IMG/VR virus record: IMGVR_UViG_3300045988_122291
Span: 50,076 to 114,075 of that record
Direction: 5' to 3' (one strand)
Source: a virus
DNA length: 64,000 nt
Below, in pieces: positions 9,801-18,192 of this stretch. A program made the position numbers and the translations under genes. The notes under the pieces were generated by a model. That model saw only the letters and a program-made list of their open reading frames with translations, was not told where the DNA came from and did not search any database. Every line of letters begins with the position of its first letter. Position 1 is the first letter of the stretch.

Positions 9801-10789
9801 TTATCATAATAGTCCTTATAGTAATGCTTAATTTCAAATTCTGGAATCTTAGGCAATGCAGGTACACGAGTAGTCTTTTTAATGGTAATAGGCTGAACCT
9901 TGTCAGCAATCTGATTAGTCGTGTCAAACAATACGTCAATCATTTCGTCATTAAAACCACTTACATACATTTGTTCTCTAAGTTCTTGCGGAGTAAACAG
10001 ATAGGTGGTCTGATAGAACTTCTCAGGTTCACGAGAATCACCGCCGTCTTTAGACTTTAGAAAAGCTGTGTGAATCTTTCTATCTTCTAGACGCATGAAA
10101 TGAGAATCAGTAGTAACAATAATAGGAATGTTTAACTGTTCATGCAACTTCCACAATGAATTGTTGACCGTAATCTGTTCTTCGTTATCTTCCCAGCAAG
10201 GCTGACATTCAAGATAGAAATTATCCTTGCCAAACGTTCGCCAATTCCACTGAATAAATTCTTTAGCTTTAGCCGTATTGCCAGTAAGAATACACTTAGG
10301 CAAGAACCCGCCGATACATCCTGTGCTAACAGCCAAATGACCCTTGTCTTTGCCTACGACTTCTTCAAAGTCTGAGTAGAAACTTGGTCTACGCAACTGA
10401 CCTTTATAAGTATAGCTTCTAAGCCATGCTCTTGCAGATAATTCATACATTTGCTTTAGACCAATCTCATCCAATACAATTACCAAATAATGCCAATAGT
10501 ATGGACGGTCGTTTTCACTAAAACGTAGATTATCTTCTTCTTCTGATAGTAGATAGAACTCATTGGCAAAGATATGCTGAAATGGACGCTGTTTGTCCAA
10601 AGCATTATATGCTTTTTCAAGTTCTACATATCCACTTACAGTTTGGTGGTCTGAAATAGCATAACCTCTCAGACCATTTTCATAGCACCAGTTTACACAT
10701 TTAGGGATATTACAAATAGCGTCAGCAAAACGAAGAACAGCGGAACTGTATTCACTGTGATTGTGTAGTGAAGTATATGTGTTAATCAT
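6860..10789 (-). CDS. dnaE: DNA polymerase III alpha subunit (DnaE-type replicative polymerase)
   Basis: 1309 aa; N-terminal PHP domain (SLHNHSEYS, ISDHQTVSG, TTDSHF) followed by a pol III alpha-size core. Confidence 0.9.
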   Translation of the reverse strand: MINTYTSLHNHSEYSSAVLRFADAICNIPKCVNWCYENGLRGYAISDHQTVSGYVELEKAYNALDKQRPFQHIFANEFYLLSEEEDNLRFSENDRPYYWHYLVIVLDEIGLKQMYELSARAWLRSYTYKGQLRRPSFYSDFEEVVGKDKGHLAVSTGCIGGFLPKCILTGNTAKAKEFIQWNWRTFGKDNFYLECQPCWEDNEEQITVNNSLWKLHEQLNIPIIVTTDSHFMRLEDRKIHTAFLKSKDGGDSREPEKFYQTTYLFTPQELREQMYVSGFNDEMIDVLFDTTNQIADKVQPITIKKTTRVPALPKIPEFEIKHYYKDYYDKFPFVKYYATEGTLNERYYYYQVEKGLYEYNNIHPVNIKEYLAQINIEMEQVKGLGEAFDGECMADYFTVVQKVVDLIWTEGDSYVGIGRGSAGCYLTNKLLNITGIDPMLPETKEFYPWWRFCSIARSESIFDCDIDIQSFKKERIIQAIKDYFGWRRTCQCVTWGRLSAKTALERAATGLGISSDTVGYIKSLIPTVRGSIYSLKDCLYGNEKKGRAPVPEFVAEVKKYDDLLETALAFEGMIVSSGVHAGALNVLQGDYTETGSYMVSSNGAVCSQFNLHDAEYAGDLKFDLLSIDCLQTIRTCMELLLKNGKIEDKGSLRDTYNYYLSYDKLDKTTKEMWDLLPTMASAFQYDSKAGKEALRKIGAQNLTELTLANGLMRLAVADGEQPMDMYVRYRKNINEWYQDMTNYGIPQEEQEILKELLGNYCGLMIAQSTMMSVLMDERVCNFNLKESDKARKAVAKKNAEALAETEERLYRKGAECGRTKAFLDYLWKVQIEMSKSYAFDFSHSNEYSTECLQELNLYYKFPKIYWNAAVVITQAGVEDERDNVANTTDYGKIAGSVYKAKENGIAVAPPPANHAEMSFGVDEANNTILFGLGGISSINAEIAQQIIANRPYTSFRDFYTRNSYQGTLITPSKFIQLIKAGCFDEFCPDRMRVMQAYFALSTPRKQTLTTANLAELQRIGCKLPNTLIMPLAFKKYVCSKQFLYGTHPKFKSKKIYWLDERALVFFDSMCRSQLEENVDWWYDEEGRTLVVDKSLEKLFKNVTEELKAYINQPEFLKMYNEQSIKARMRDKLPNMNVNHWSFEALSYYSNEHELTCIDADRYNVTTFDKLPTEPVFVTKKYGKREWRQYQLSRIMGTVIARNDAHSTITVLDSNNNVVQARFDNHSYPFYKAQFSEQHADGTKTVMDTSWFTRGQGLVLTGYRSEDTFRVKSYKNSIFPHKLQKILTINEDDGTMELQSYRYGYEPKEE

Positions 10790-11357
10790 AATATTTTAGT
10801 CCTCTTTCTTGCCATTCTTTAGGCATTTTAGTAACCTTGTTAAGCCAACGCCAAACTGTTGGTGGATTCATATTGTTGTGCTGTTGACAAAATTCTGGTA
10901 GCGAACGATAAATTATGCCATCACAAATAATGGATTTTTGAATATGAGTTGTTTTAACGTCCTTTCGACCTTTTGCGATACGATGACAATGCTGTGGCGT
11001 ATTGTTGTTTTCTACACTGGTTGTCCAATACAAATTATCAGCGCAATTATTTGTTCTTGTTTCGTCTTTATGCCCTACTTGCGGAAGATGGTCAGGGTTA
11101 GGGATAAACGCTTCAGCAACAATACGATGCAACAGACAAAGTTTTGTTTTTCCGTAATTGCAACGTGCCAATCTTAAACTTACATACTGATTATTTCCAA
11201 TATAGGTGGACATAATTTTGTTTGTAAATAAACTCTTAACTCTACCAAGATTGCTTACTTGATAGAATCCTTCATAACCTACAACGTCTTTCCAAATTTC
11301 TTCCAATATCAACCCCTCCTTAAAACAAAAATGGGAATAGCTTTTAACTACTCCCAT
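10782..11357 (-). CDS. HNH homing endonuclease (NUMOD4 + HNH_3)
   Basis: EIWKDVVGYEGFYQVSNLGRVKS and HRIVAEAF...GHKDETRTNNCADNLYW; overlaps dnaE start; true start may be the TTG near 11306 behind AGGAGG. Confidence 0.8.
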   Translation of the reverse strand: MGVVKSYSHFCFKEGLILEEIWKDVVGYEGFYQVSNLGRVKSLFTNKIMSTYIGNNQYVSLRLARCNYGKTKLCLLHRIVAEAFIPNPDHLPQVGHKDETRTNNCADNLYWTTSVENNNTPQHCHRIAKGRKDVKTTHIQKSIICDGIIYRSLPEFCQQHNNMNPPTVWRWLNKVTKMPKEWQERGLKYYD

Positions 11358-11373
11358 TCTATCACATATCTAT

Positions 11374-11580
11374 TCACTTGTCAAGTTCAAATCTAATATA
11401 CGGATATTCTTTTATAGCGATTGCTCGTGCATTGTCTATTTCCATAGCATTCAAAAAATTATTGACCACAAGTTCAATACTACCATTGTGCTTTTTGAAT
11501 ACACTGGACTTATTGTCTAATTCAATGCACCTTGCAAGCATCATAACCAATCTTTCAAATTGAAAATTTGTCATTATCAT
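11374..11580 (-). CDS. hypothetical protein (68 aa)
   Basis: Same-strand ORF, overlap-coupled. Confidence 0.5.
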   Translation of the reverse strand: MIMTNFQFERLVMMLARCIELDNKSSVFKKHNGSIELVVNNFLNAMEIDNARAIAIKEYPYIRFELDK

Positions 11581-11906
11581 TTTGATTGTTCCTTGTCAAG
11601 AAGTTCTTTTATCATTGACTTCAGTTCTTTAATCTCTTGTCTAAGCGTGTTGAACTCTTCCATAATTGTTGTGTTTGGCATATCTATTTTTCTATCGTTA
11701 ATCTGAACAAAGCCTTGGTATAAATCATTAAGGCGACCTGTCCATATGCGTTCATCTATCCAATCACTTATAGGAGCGTCTACGAATGACAAAACTATTT
11801 GATAATCATTATAATCATTATTCAAAGGATAGAAGTCTGTGATTTTAAACTTATCTCCATCTTTAGAGATAAGAATGTCACCAATGTTAATATCGTTTAC
11901 ATTCAT
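11577..11906 (-). CDS. paralogue family 2 member (N-terminal beta domain + C-terminal coiled coil)
   Basis: MNVNDINIGDILISKDGDKFKITDFY ... LRQEIKELKSMIKELLDKE; similar to 11923..12318. Confidence 0.6.
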   Translation of the reverse strand: MNVNDINIGDILISKDGDKFKITDFYPLNNDYNDYQIVLSFVDAPISDWIDERIWTGRLNDLYQGFVQINDRKIDMPNTTIMEEFNTLRQEIKELKSMIKELLDKEQSK

Positions 11907-11922
11907 ACTGTCTCACCTTTGA

Positions 11923-12318
11923 TTACTCCTTGTCAAGAAATTCTAACATCATTTTTCTAAGTTTTCTGAGTTCGTCACCACAAGCGTTCAACTCACAAAA
12001 AGCGTTGTCAATCTTACGAGCAACTTTTTCATATTGCTCCAACACAACACTCTTGACTGGATTCAATACATTCTCTCCAATCTTATCAAAAGTTTTATTT
12101 AGATTGTCAATCTGTCCCACCCACGCATAATCGGTATACGCATAAATGGTTTCAGAATCACTTTTGTTTATAGTGTTTACAGAACTAAAATCAAGGGGTT
12201 GCAAATCAAGTCGAATTTCTCCGCGTTTTCTATAAGTGTAATAAAAATTTATAATTTTATATCTAACGCCTTCTTTGGTAATAGCAATATCGCCCATGTA
12301 AATATCATTAAGGTTCAT
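11923..12318 (-). CDS. paralogue family 2 member
   Basis: MNLNDIYMGDIAITKEGVRYKIINFY ... LRKLRKMMLEFLDKE. Confidence 0.6.
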   Translation of the reverse strand: MNLNDIYMGDIAITKEGVRYKIINFYYTYRKRGEIRLDLQPLDFSSVNTINKSDSETIYAYTDYAWVGQIDNLNKTFDKIGENVLNPVKSVVLEQYEKVARKIDNAFCELNACGDELRKLRKMMLEFLDKE

Positions 12319-12632
12319 AATGTATGTAACACCGCCTTATTCAACGTTTCTTTGATAGCTTTAACTTCTTCAGTCAGCCTAATAACTTGTTCTCGCAAAG
12401 CCTTGAAATCGCTCATACTAACTGTTTGCAGATTCTCACTGCCAACAAACACAAAGTATTTATACATATTTTTTTCAAGACCGTGATATTCGCTAACATA
12501 TCCGTTATTATTTACTGGCTTAATGCAAAGGTCATACCATACTTCGCCGTTATGGCTTTTCATTTCAGCTTTGGTGATAATTCCCAACGCACCTTCGATA
12601 GTCTTAATTCCCATGCCTTCACGAATATTCAT
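12315..12632 (-). CDS. paralogue family 2 member (divergent)
   Basis: Same size and layout; C-terminal heptad region REQVIRLTEEVKAIKETL. Confidence 0.5.
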   Translation of the reverse strand: MNIREGMGIKTIEGALGIITKAEMKSHNGEVWYDLCIKPVNNNGYVSEYHGLEKNMYKYFVFVGSENLQTVSMSDFKALREQVIRLTEEVKAIKETLNKAVLHTL

Positions 12633-12635
12633 TGA

Positions 12636-13016
12636 TTATACCTCCAACAGCTTATGTATCAACGTCCAATTATAACGTCTTACTTCAGCGCACTTCTTAT
12701 TATATTCTTCTCGCGCTTTCTTACTACGAGCATAATTGTCTGGATAATTAGGGTTCTTCATTAGCATTTCCTTATAGCACTCACTATCTACATATACCTT
12801 GCCATCACGAACCCACAGCTCCTTATCAGCAATGTTATCTACCTTTTTGAAAGCGTCTAAATACTTCTTTCTATCTATTGCACTAAAACCTTTATTCTTC
12901 AAATATTGACACGCTTTACACACAGAATATTCTTCATCGGACAGTGCAAGTTCTTGTTTGGCACGGAATTGTCTATAAGCAATATATTTTTCACACTCTT
13001 CATAGGTAAAAAACAT
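12636..13016 (-). CDS. hypothetical protein (126 aa)
   Basis: Intact ORF; its first 118 nt are overlapped by the tail of 12899..13513. Confidence 0.5.
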   Translation of the reverse strand: MFFTYEECEKYIAYRQFRAKQELALSDEEYSVCKACQYLKNKGFSAIDRKKYLDAFKKVDNIADKELWVRDGKVYVDSECYKEMLMKNPNYPDNYARSKKAREEYNKKCAEVRRYNWTLIHKLLEV

Positions 13017-13513
13017 CTCGTTCTCAAAACATCTGATACTATCAGCACGGCTCTTGCCAAAGAATCCAGTGTCATGCGCTTGAAACTTCTCTCAGTAAGG
13101 ATATAACCATTACCGTCCTTTTTAGCGTTTGAATCAACGTAGAATACGTTCTTATAAGAAATTGGTACAAGCCAGCCCTTAACAAGATACCGATATACAG
13201 CTTGTCTACTACGCCAGTTAAGGATAGCTCCCTTGCTCTCAGGATAAATCAAACGTTCTTCACGCTCATAGGAGCAATGCGACTTATAGGTAAATTTCTT
13301 TGCGCTGACCTTACAAGATACTTGTTGAACTTCATACCAAGGCTTACCATTGATATAAGTTTCAACGTTAGGTACAATACGTTTTAGACCTTCATCAGTT
13401 AAGTAAACGCACATTGGTCTGACATTGCCCTTAGCATAGCTATGATTTATTGCGTCATCACAGACGTTAGGGATATAGTAAATGTTTTTCTTTACGATTT
13501 CCATAGTTTTCAC
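12899..13513 (-). CDS. hypothetical protein (204 aa as drawn; 3' end uncertain)
   Basis: GTG start 13513 behind GGAGAG SD; long out-of-frame overlap with next ORF. Confidence 0.5.
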   Translation of the reverse strand: MKTMEIVKKNIYYIPNVCDDAINHSYAKGNVRPMCVYLTDEGLKRIVPNVETYINGKPWYEVQQVSCKVSAKKFTYKSHCSYEREERLIYPESKGAILNWRSRQAVYRYLVKGWLVPISYKNVFYVDSNAKKDGNGYILTERSFKRMTLDSLARAVLIVSDVLRTRCFLPMKSVKNILLIDNSVPNKNLHCPMKNILCVKRVNI

Positions 13514-13528
13514 TCTCCTTATGTGACT

Positions 13529-13557
13529 ATTGTATCACGGAACATCTGTTATGTCAA
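13529..13557 (-). promoter_or_regulatory. sigma-A-type promoter
   Basis: TTGACA (13557-13552) N17 TACAAT (13534-13529) with TG-extended -10. Confidence 0.55.
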
Positions 13558-13576
13558 TAGTCAAAATACCGCGCAG

Positions 13577-13990
13577 TCATTGCTCAATCCTTTCTTCAGC
13601 CGTACCAAAGTTAGTAGTATAAACCACCCTTTTAACACCCAAACTCTTAATCATTTTCATACACCCAGCGCACGGTCTTGCCATGCCATTCTCACCATCG
13701 CATTTTCTCTTACGAGCAATGTAGACCGTTACTTTAGACCACTCAATTTCTTCGTTAAGCAGTGGAGCAAGCGCGTGTATCTCTGCATGAAGATAATGCG
13801 GTTTATCATCTTCTGGGAAACGCTCTCTATTATATTTCTTCTGCAAGGGATGAGTCTTGCAAGTATTGAACGCTGTGTTAAGCACCGTATTCTTCTGCGC
13901 CACTACACAGCCCATATGGTATCTACCATAGTCACTGCAATCAGCAATAGACAAGGCATGAGCCAGCATTTTCTTGTCATTCTTGTTCAT
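13577..13990 (-). CDS. dCMP deaminase (ComEB/CDA zinc deaminase)
   Basis: HAEIHAL and PCAGCMKMI zinc-binding motifs, 137 aa. Confidence 0.85.
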   Translation of the reverse strand: MNKNDKKMLAHALSIADCSDYGRYHMGCVVAQKNTVLNTAFNTCKTHPLQKKYNRERFPEDDKPHYLHAEIHALAPLLNEEIEWSKVTVYIARKRKCDGENGMARPCAGCMKMIKSLGVKRVVYTTNFGTAEERIEQ

Positions 13991-13991
13991 A

Positions 13992-14198
13992 TTAAACGAA
14001 CCATTTAATTATACCATACAAGTAAAAGACCCAAAGAATGATAATTGATAAACAAGCAAACATAATAATTTCCCAGCTTTCTTCATAATATTCTTTATCC
14101 AGCAAACGTATTGCTTTCCATTCGTCAAGGATTAACCATATTGCGTTTACTGTCATAAAAATCATCATAAAGAAAGAAAGAATAAAAAGAGCAAACAT
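13992..14198 (-). CDS. small membrane protein (68 aa)
   Basis: Two hydrophobic helices. Confidence 0.5.
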   Translation of the reverse strand: MFALFILSFFMMIFMTVNAIWLILDEWKAIRLLDKEYYEESWEIIMFACLSIIILWVFYLYGIIKWFV

Positions 14199-14216
14199 TT
14201 ATAATTCACCTCACAA

Positions 14217-14444
14217 TTAGCATACAAAAAGGATAACCCACGCAACCATACACAGCAGAACAATATACCATTCAATCCAATTTCCCCAGAACAGTACAGG
14301 TGTTTGGTGCTTTCTAAGCCAATACTTCATATCTTTATATACATTGTATGAACTCAGACCAAAAGCAAGCAAGAGAATTGGAACAACAGTCCAACGAATA
14401 AACTCTACAAAAACCTTATCATTACCCATCATTTTCGCTCCCAA
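14217..14444 (-). CDS. small membrane protein (75 aa)
   Basis: Two hydrophobic helices. Confidence 0.5.
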   Translation of the reverse strand: MGAKMMGNDKVFVEFIRWTVVPILLLAFGLSSYNVYKDMKYWLRKHQTPVLFWGNWIEWYIVLLCMVAWVILFVC

Positions 14445-14779
14445 TCAATCAGCACTTCGATATATCTCATTCTACATTGGTCATTTGGCACATCACTAGA
14501 CACGACCTTATATCCCTTTTGCTCAAGCGCTCTCATAAGTCGCTGTTCAGCCAATACAGAAATGAGGTTAGCATTGTACACGATACGAGGATTGACCGCT
14601 TGAGCGTCGTTAATGCGCTTCATCATTTCAATGTGCATAGTGCTCTTGAGGTAAGAGTAACCGCTTACGTCCTTGAAGCCCTGCTTAGTCTTGACCAGAT
14701 TATTAAAGATGCCGATGTTCTTACGAATCATCTTCATATATTCTTCCTTAGTTGGAAGTACGTTAAATGTGCTTGCCAT
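14429..14779 (-). CDS. hypothetical protein (116 aa)
   Basis: Intact same-strand ORF. Confidence 0.55.
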   Translation of the reverse strand: MASTFNVLPTKEEYMKMIRKNIGIFNNLVKTKQGFKDVSGYSYLKSTMHIEMMKRINDAQAVNPRIVYNANLISVLAEQRLMRALEQKGYKVVSSDVPNDQCRMRYIEVLIDWERK

Positions 14780-14781
14780 AT

Positions 14782-15003
14782 TTATTCTTCCACCTTTACA
14801 ATAAGACTTTTCTCAACAAGCCATGTATGATTACCCGAAGTGCCGCTATCTTCACCCCAATTTACGAGAACCATTTTTTTATCCCTCGTTGTCATCACTG
14901 CTTCACCAATTACTGTACAGTCGGGATAGAACTCAGGGGAAACAATGTGTGCTACATCGTTCTTCATATGCACTTTATCGCCAACACAAAATCGAATTTC
15001 CAT
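14782..15003 (-). CDS. SH3/Tudor-like small domain protein (paralogue family 3)
   Basis: FCVGDKVHMKND...VNWGEDSG resembles the repeats in 30811..31974 and 26316..26714. Confidence 0.55.
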   Translation of the reverse strand: MEIRFCVGDKVHMKNDVAHIVSPEFYPDCTVIGEAVMTTRDKKMVLVNWGEDSGTSGNHTWLVEKSLIVKVEE

Positions 15004-15025
15004 ATTTATTCTCCTTTATTTACGT

Positions 15026-15388
15026 TCAAACATGATAGTTCATACCTGCTCTAAAAGATTCAATCAACAAATCCTTAATGATTTCTTGTTCTTCTGCGCT
15101 GAAATTCTTTAGAACATTTTTGTTAATGTTCTTTTTAATATAAATCCATGATTCTGTTTTAGGTAAAACATAAGGCTTTAATTTATCTTCTTCATCACAC
15201 CACATATCAAAACAACTTGTATTTTCTCCTGTGACAAAATAAATATATCCATCGCCATAACACTTTACTTGAGTAACAATCCCCAGCGGAAATTTAGGAT
15301 AAATGTCTTGTAAAAATTCTGGTATTTCCTTGGTTACTTTATCACCAATCTTAAACTTTGCTTTCTTAAACTTTAACTTCGCCTTCAT
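15026..15388 (-). CDS. paralogue family 3 member (120 aa)
   Basis: FKIGDKVTKE...YPKFPLGIV...MWCDEED; start at ATG 15388 behind GGAGG. Confidence 0.55.
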   Translation of the reverse strand: MKAKLKFKKAKFKIGDKVTKEIPEFLQDIYPKFPLGIVTQVKCYGDGYIYFVTGENTSCFDMWCDEEDKLKPYVLPKTESWIYIKKNINKNVLKNFSAEEQEIIKDLLIESFRAGMNYHV

Positions 15389-15433
15389 AAAAACAACCTC
15401 CTTAATATAACATAGCAATGTACGGCATAATCA

Positions 15434-15601
15434 TCAACCAAAAAGATAGTACACAGTAACAAGAGAAGTTACAAAATACACAATTAAGATATATCCAAAA
15501 ATAAGTGTGTATTCTGAAGTAATAGCTAAATATAACAGCACTACAAAAATAGTAGTCCACAGCGTAATACCCAACGAAACCATAATAATTGTACCTACCA
15601 T
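15434..15601 (-). CDS. small membrane protein (55 aa)
   Basis: Start at ATG 15601 behind AAAGGAGG; two TM helices. Confidence 0.5.
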   Translation of the reverse strand: MVGTIIMVSLGITLWTTIFVVLLYLAITSEYTLIFGYILIVYFVTSLVTVYYLFG

Positions 15602-15606
15602 AAAAA

Positions 15607-15659
15607 ACAACCTCCTTTGTTTATGTATCAATGATACCACAAAGGAGGTTGTGTGTCAA
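15607..15659 (-). promoter_or_regulatory. promoter nested in terminator-like hairpin (module B)
   Basis: TTGACA (15659-15654) N17 TATCAT (15636-15631); 14-bp arms 15639-15652 (anti-SD, in spacer) and 15607-15620 (SD ACAAAGGAGGTTGT) followed by TTTTT. Confidence 0.6.
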
Positions 15660-15675
15660 GAGAAATTATGAAATT

Positions 15676-16029
15676 TTATGAGATTTCAAGTGTGCCATAA
15701 GAGATTTCACCATAATCACCCAGAGAAGATAATTTTACGTCTACTTTGATAGAGAAACCATACTCATTACCTGTAGTAAATTCTTTGATAATTAAATGAA
15801 CACCACCATTTTGACATTGCATTAAAATATCACAAGTCTCTCCCGTATTAGACATGAGTTTCGGTGAAAGCAAAAATCGTGAATTGTAATAGTCTCTAAT
15901 GTAAATATAGCTTGTAGCAGGAACATAAAATTCTCTATAAAAATCAGACCCCATATACAAGTCGTCAATCTTCTTATAAATCATAGCCCCACTTGTTTTC
16001 TCAATTTTTCCAGCTACAATCGCGTTCAT
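15676..16029 (-). CDS. MNGIVTGK-family paralogue P1 (117 aa)
   Basis: MNAIVAGKIEKTSGAMIYK ... ISYGTLEIS; shares termini with eight other ORFs. Confidence 0.7.
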   Translation of the reverse strand: MNAIVAGKIEKTSGAMIYKKIDDLYMGSDFYREFYVPATSYIYIRDYYNSRFLLSPKLMSNTGETCDILMQCQNGGVHLIIKEFTTGNEYGFSIKVDVKLSSLGDYGEISYGTLEIS

Positions 16030-16129
16030 CGTACCACCTCCTTAGAGATGACACGGTTTACGTTACTGTGAAATGCCCCCCCCAAGTGAGCGCATAGTTT
16101 GGTAATTCATAATATTTTCTCCTTTGTTT
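16030..16129 (-). promoter_or_regulatory. poly-G uORF leader L1
   Basis: SD GGAGAA + uORF 16110..16063 (MNYQTMRSLGGGISQ*). G8 tract = C-run 16076-16083. The current frame stops 33 nt before the P1 ATG; the G7/G10 frame is open to the TGA overlapping ATGA at 16029. Confidence 0.6.
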
Positions 16130-16411
16130 TTAATCTTTCTTAGGCGTAGTATAAGACTTAGCGTTTTCACTGTCGCCCATACCAAGAACACCATTTTGTG
16201 TAGTCGGGTCAACAAGTGCGTTCCATACGTTGACACAGACAAGGAAGAGACAGTAAGGATTACTGATAGTACCCTTCAGCACGTTGAGCACGCCTGCCCA
16301 TGTGGTCAAATCTGCCGCTGTTAGACCTGCGTAAGCAAGTGCAGTAGCGAATGCACCAAGAATTACATTTACCCAAAACGCATAGTTTTTAATTCTCACC
16401 TTTAGATTCAT
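16130..16411 (-). CDS. holin (phage_holin_1-like)
   Basis: 93 aa, hydrophobic helices, polar tail DPTTQNGVLGMGDSENA; 1-nt overlap with endolysin stop. Confidence 0.7.
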   Translation of the reverse strand: MNLKVRIKNYAFWVNVILGAFATALAYAGLTAADLTTWAGVLNVLKGTISNPYCLFLVCVNVWNALVDPTTQNGVLGMGDSENAKSYTTPKKD

Positions 16412-18135
16412 TACTCTTCACTCCCATACATACCCACTCTATCGTTAATAACAAGAACTCGTAGCAAATCTTCACTTAGGTCAAGACCCTTGCCATTACC
16501 CTTGAGATAGCCCTTATTCACGAGCTTAATGATAGTGTCCTTACCCCAGTCTGGAACTGAAGCAATGCTATCATATACCTTATTGTACTTAGCGTACACT
16601 TCTTCAGCTACATTGCCAGCAACCTTCTTAGCTTCGGTCTGAGCAATAGCTGTGGTTTCTGCTTTAGTCAAATCTTCCACTCCTTTAACCATGTTTAGGA
16701 AATTAGTCCACTGTTCATAATGTCGCACGAAGGGGTCTGGACAATTACCTACAATAAATGTTTTTGTACCTTGGCGCACAAGAATATATCCTGTTGGCAC
16801 ACTTACACAAGACACTTTAGTTGTACGAGTTTTTACACTCTTCTGAACACCACCAATACTATAATTAGCTGTTAAGCGATCAATAGCAAGATAATCATAA
16901 CGAGTGCTTCTACCTAATCGTGTTTTGTTAGTACGATACCCCTTAGTCGCGCAAACAGCTTGTACAACGTCTAAGTTATTTTGAATAGAAGAAGTATAAA
17001 GATGTCCTGCTTCGCAACCGTCTACTTGTAAACATTCGTTCCAAAATACGTCATATTGGTGTTGATTCATTTCCAATAAATTATATTGGAAATGCTTATC
17101 TTTAAGCCACTGTTCACACCAATAGTAAAGGTCTGTGCCATAATTACGGTAACTTACACTACCATCTTTCTTGTTAGAAACAGTATAGTCAATCATTAGG
17201 TTATCAAGAATCTCTTTAACTCTATCAATCTTGCGTTGTTTCTTAACATGAAACTCAATGCCACATACATCTTGGTAAGTTCCCTTCATATAATGTCCGT
17301 CACCTTGTACCCATACAAGGAATCGAATTTCATCATCAGTGAGAGGTAAACCAGACCCAATATACATAGCACCGTTTTTAACTAAGTTTTGTCGAGAGCC
17401 TGTAAGCATATCTCCCCATAGTTGCTCACGCCATTTATATGTTCCAGTCTTTTTATTAAAATTATTGTTTGCCGCCCACATACGATGATTAGAAGTTGCT
17501 TCAAGACCATGACAGCTTAGAACTTCAGCTTCATAAGGCTCAACCACGCTACTAACAGCGCCAAAAGATAGTCTATCAGTATTAGTGTCATACTGCATAA
17601 CTTCTTCTCCAACCTTAATATCTCCAAGAGCCTTCCAACCTTCGCGTGTTAGAAGTTCGGTTGAATCCAAAGGTAAACAATACTTATGTGTAACATGATA
17701 GTGCATACATACATGCTTAATATCAACCCCATACTGTTCCATAAGCCATTGCACGAGCTTTACAGTACGCTTCTGGGTTTCCATAGTAATTACATATTCG
17801 CCATTCTTCCAGTCGCTGCACATTTCAATACCAATGGAATTAACGTTGCGACAGCTATTGTAATAATAGCCTGTTTCACTACCACAATGCCATGCAGTAT
17901 TAGCAAGGTTTACAGTCTGCCAAATTTCGTTCTCATCAACAAAGAAATGTGCGCTTGCATTAAGCCCACTACAACGAGCAAAATAATCTGCATTGTTCTT
18001 TGCAGTATCGCCCTTGCCAGCAGTAAAGTGAATAACAATCCATTGAATCTTATGCTTTACGCCATTCTTTGTGCGACCATACATAAAATTGGAAGGATTG
18101 CATTCCTTAAATTGAAAATATGGTTTTTCTGCCAT
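16411..18135 (-). CDS. N-acetylmuramoyl-L-alanine amidase endolysin (Amidase_2/PGRP) containing an intein; SLH-like C-terminus
   Basis: IVIHFTAG, AHFFVD, WHCG, HVTHKY|...|CPDPF; C-terminal VPDWGKDTIIKLVNKGYLKGNGKGLDLSEDLLR. Confidence 0.85.
   Translation of the reverse strand: MAEKPYFQFKECNPSNFMYGRTKNGVKHKIQWIVIHFTAGKGDTAKNNADYFARCSGLNASAHFFVDENEIWQTVNLANTAWHCGSETGYYYNSCRNVNSIGIEMCSDWKNGEYVITMETQKRTVKLVQWLMEQYGVDIKHVCMHYHVTHKYCLPLDSTELLTREGWKALGDIKVGEEVMQYDTNTDRLSFGAVSSVVEPYEAEVLSCHGLEATSNHRMWAANNNFNKKTGTYKWREQLWGDMLTGSRQNLVKNGAMYIGSGLPLTDDEIRFLVWVQGDGHYMKGTYQDVCGIEFHVKKQRKIDRVKEILDNLMIDYTVSNKKDGSVSYRNYGTDLYYWCEQWLKDKHFQYNLLEMNQHQYDVFWNECLQVDGCEAGHLYTSSIQNNLDVVQAVCATKGYRTNKTRLGRSTRYDYLAIDRLTANYSIGGVQKSVKTRTTKVSCVSVPTGYILVRQGTKTFIVGNCPDPFVRHYEQWTNFLNMVKGVEDLTKAETTAIAQTEAKKVAGNVAEEVYAKYNKVYDSIASVPDWGKDTIIKLVNKGYLKGNGKGLDLSEDLLRVLVINDRVGMYGSEE
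16744..17679 (-). other. intein (312 aa) with LAGLIDADG homing-endonuclease domain
   Basis: Block A CLPLDSTELLTREGWKALGDIKVGEEV, block B LEATSNHRMW, LVWVQGDGHY, terminal FIVGN followed by the +1 Cys of CPDPF; occupies aa 153-464 of the lysin. Confidence 0.75.
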
Positions 18136-18161
18136 TATATCGTCTCCTTTCTTTAAGATAA

Positions 18162-18184
18162 AAGGGGAGAATATATCTCCCCTT
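18162..18184 (-). terminator. intrinsic terminator-like hairpin
   Basis: AAGGGGAGA / TCTCCCCTT arms with 5-nt loop, followed on the minus strand by TTTT. Confidence 0.55.
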
Positions 18185-18192
18185 ATTTCAAA

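Noticed and set aside
12899-13016. The 118-nt out-of-frame overlap between 12899..13513 and 12636..13016, considered as a programmed frameshift site.
   Set aside because: I found no slippery heptamer or stimulatory structure. It could equally be a mis-called 3' end or a sequencing indel. It is flagged in the feature notes only.
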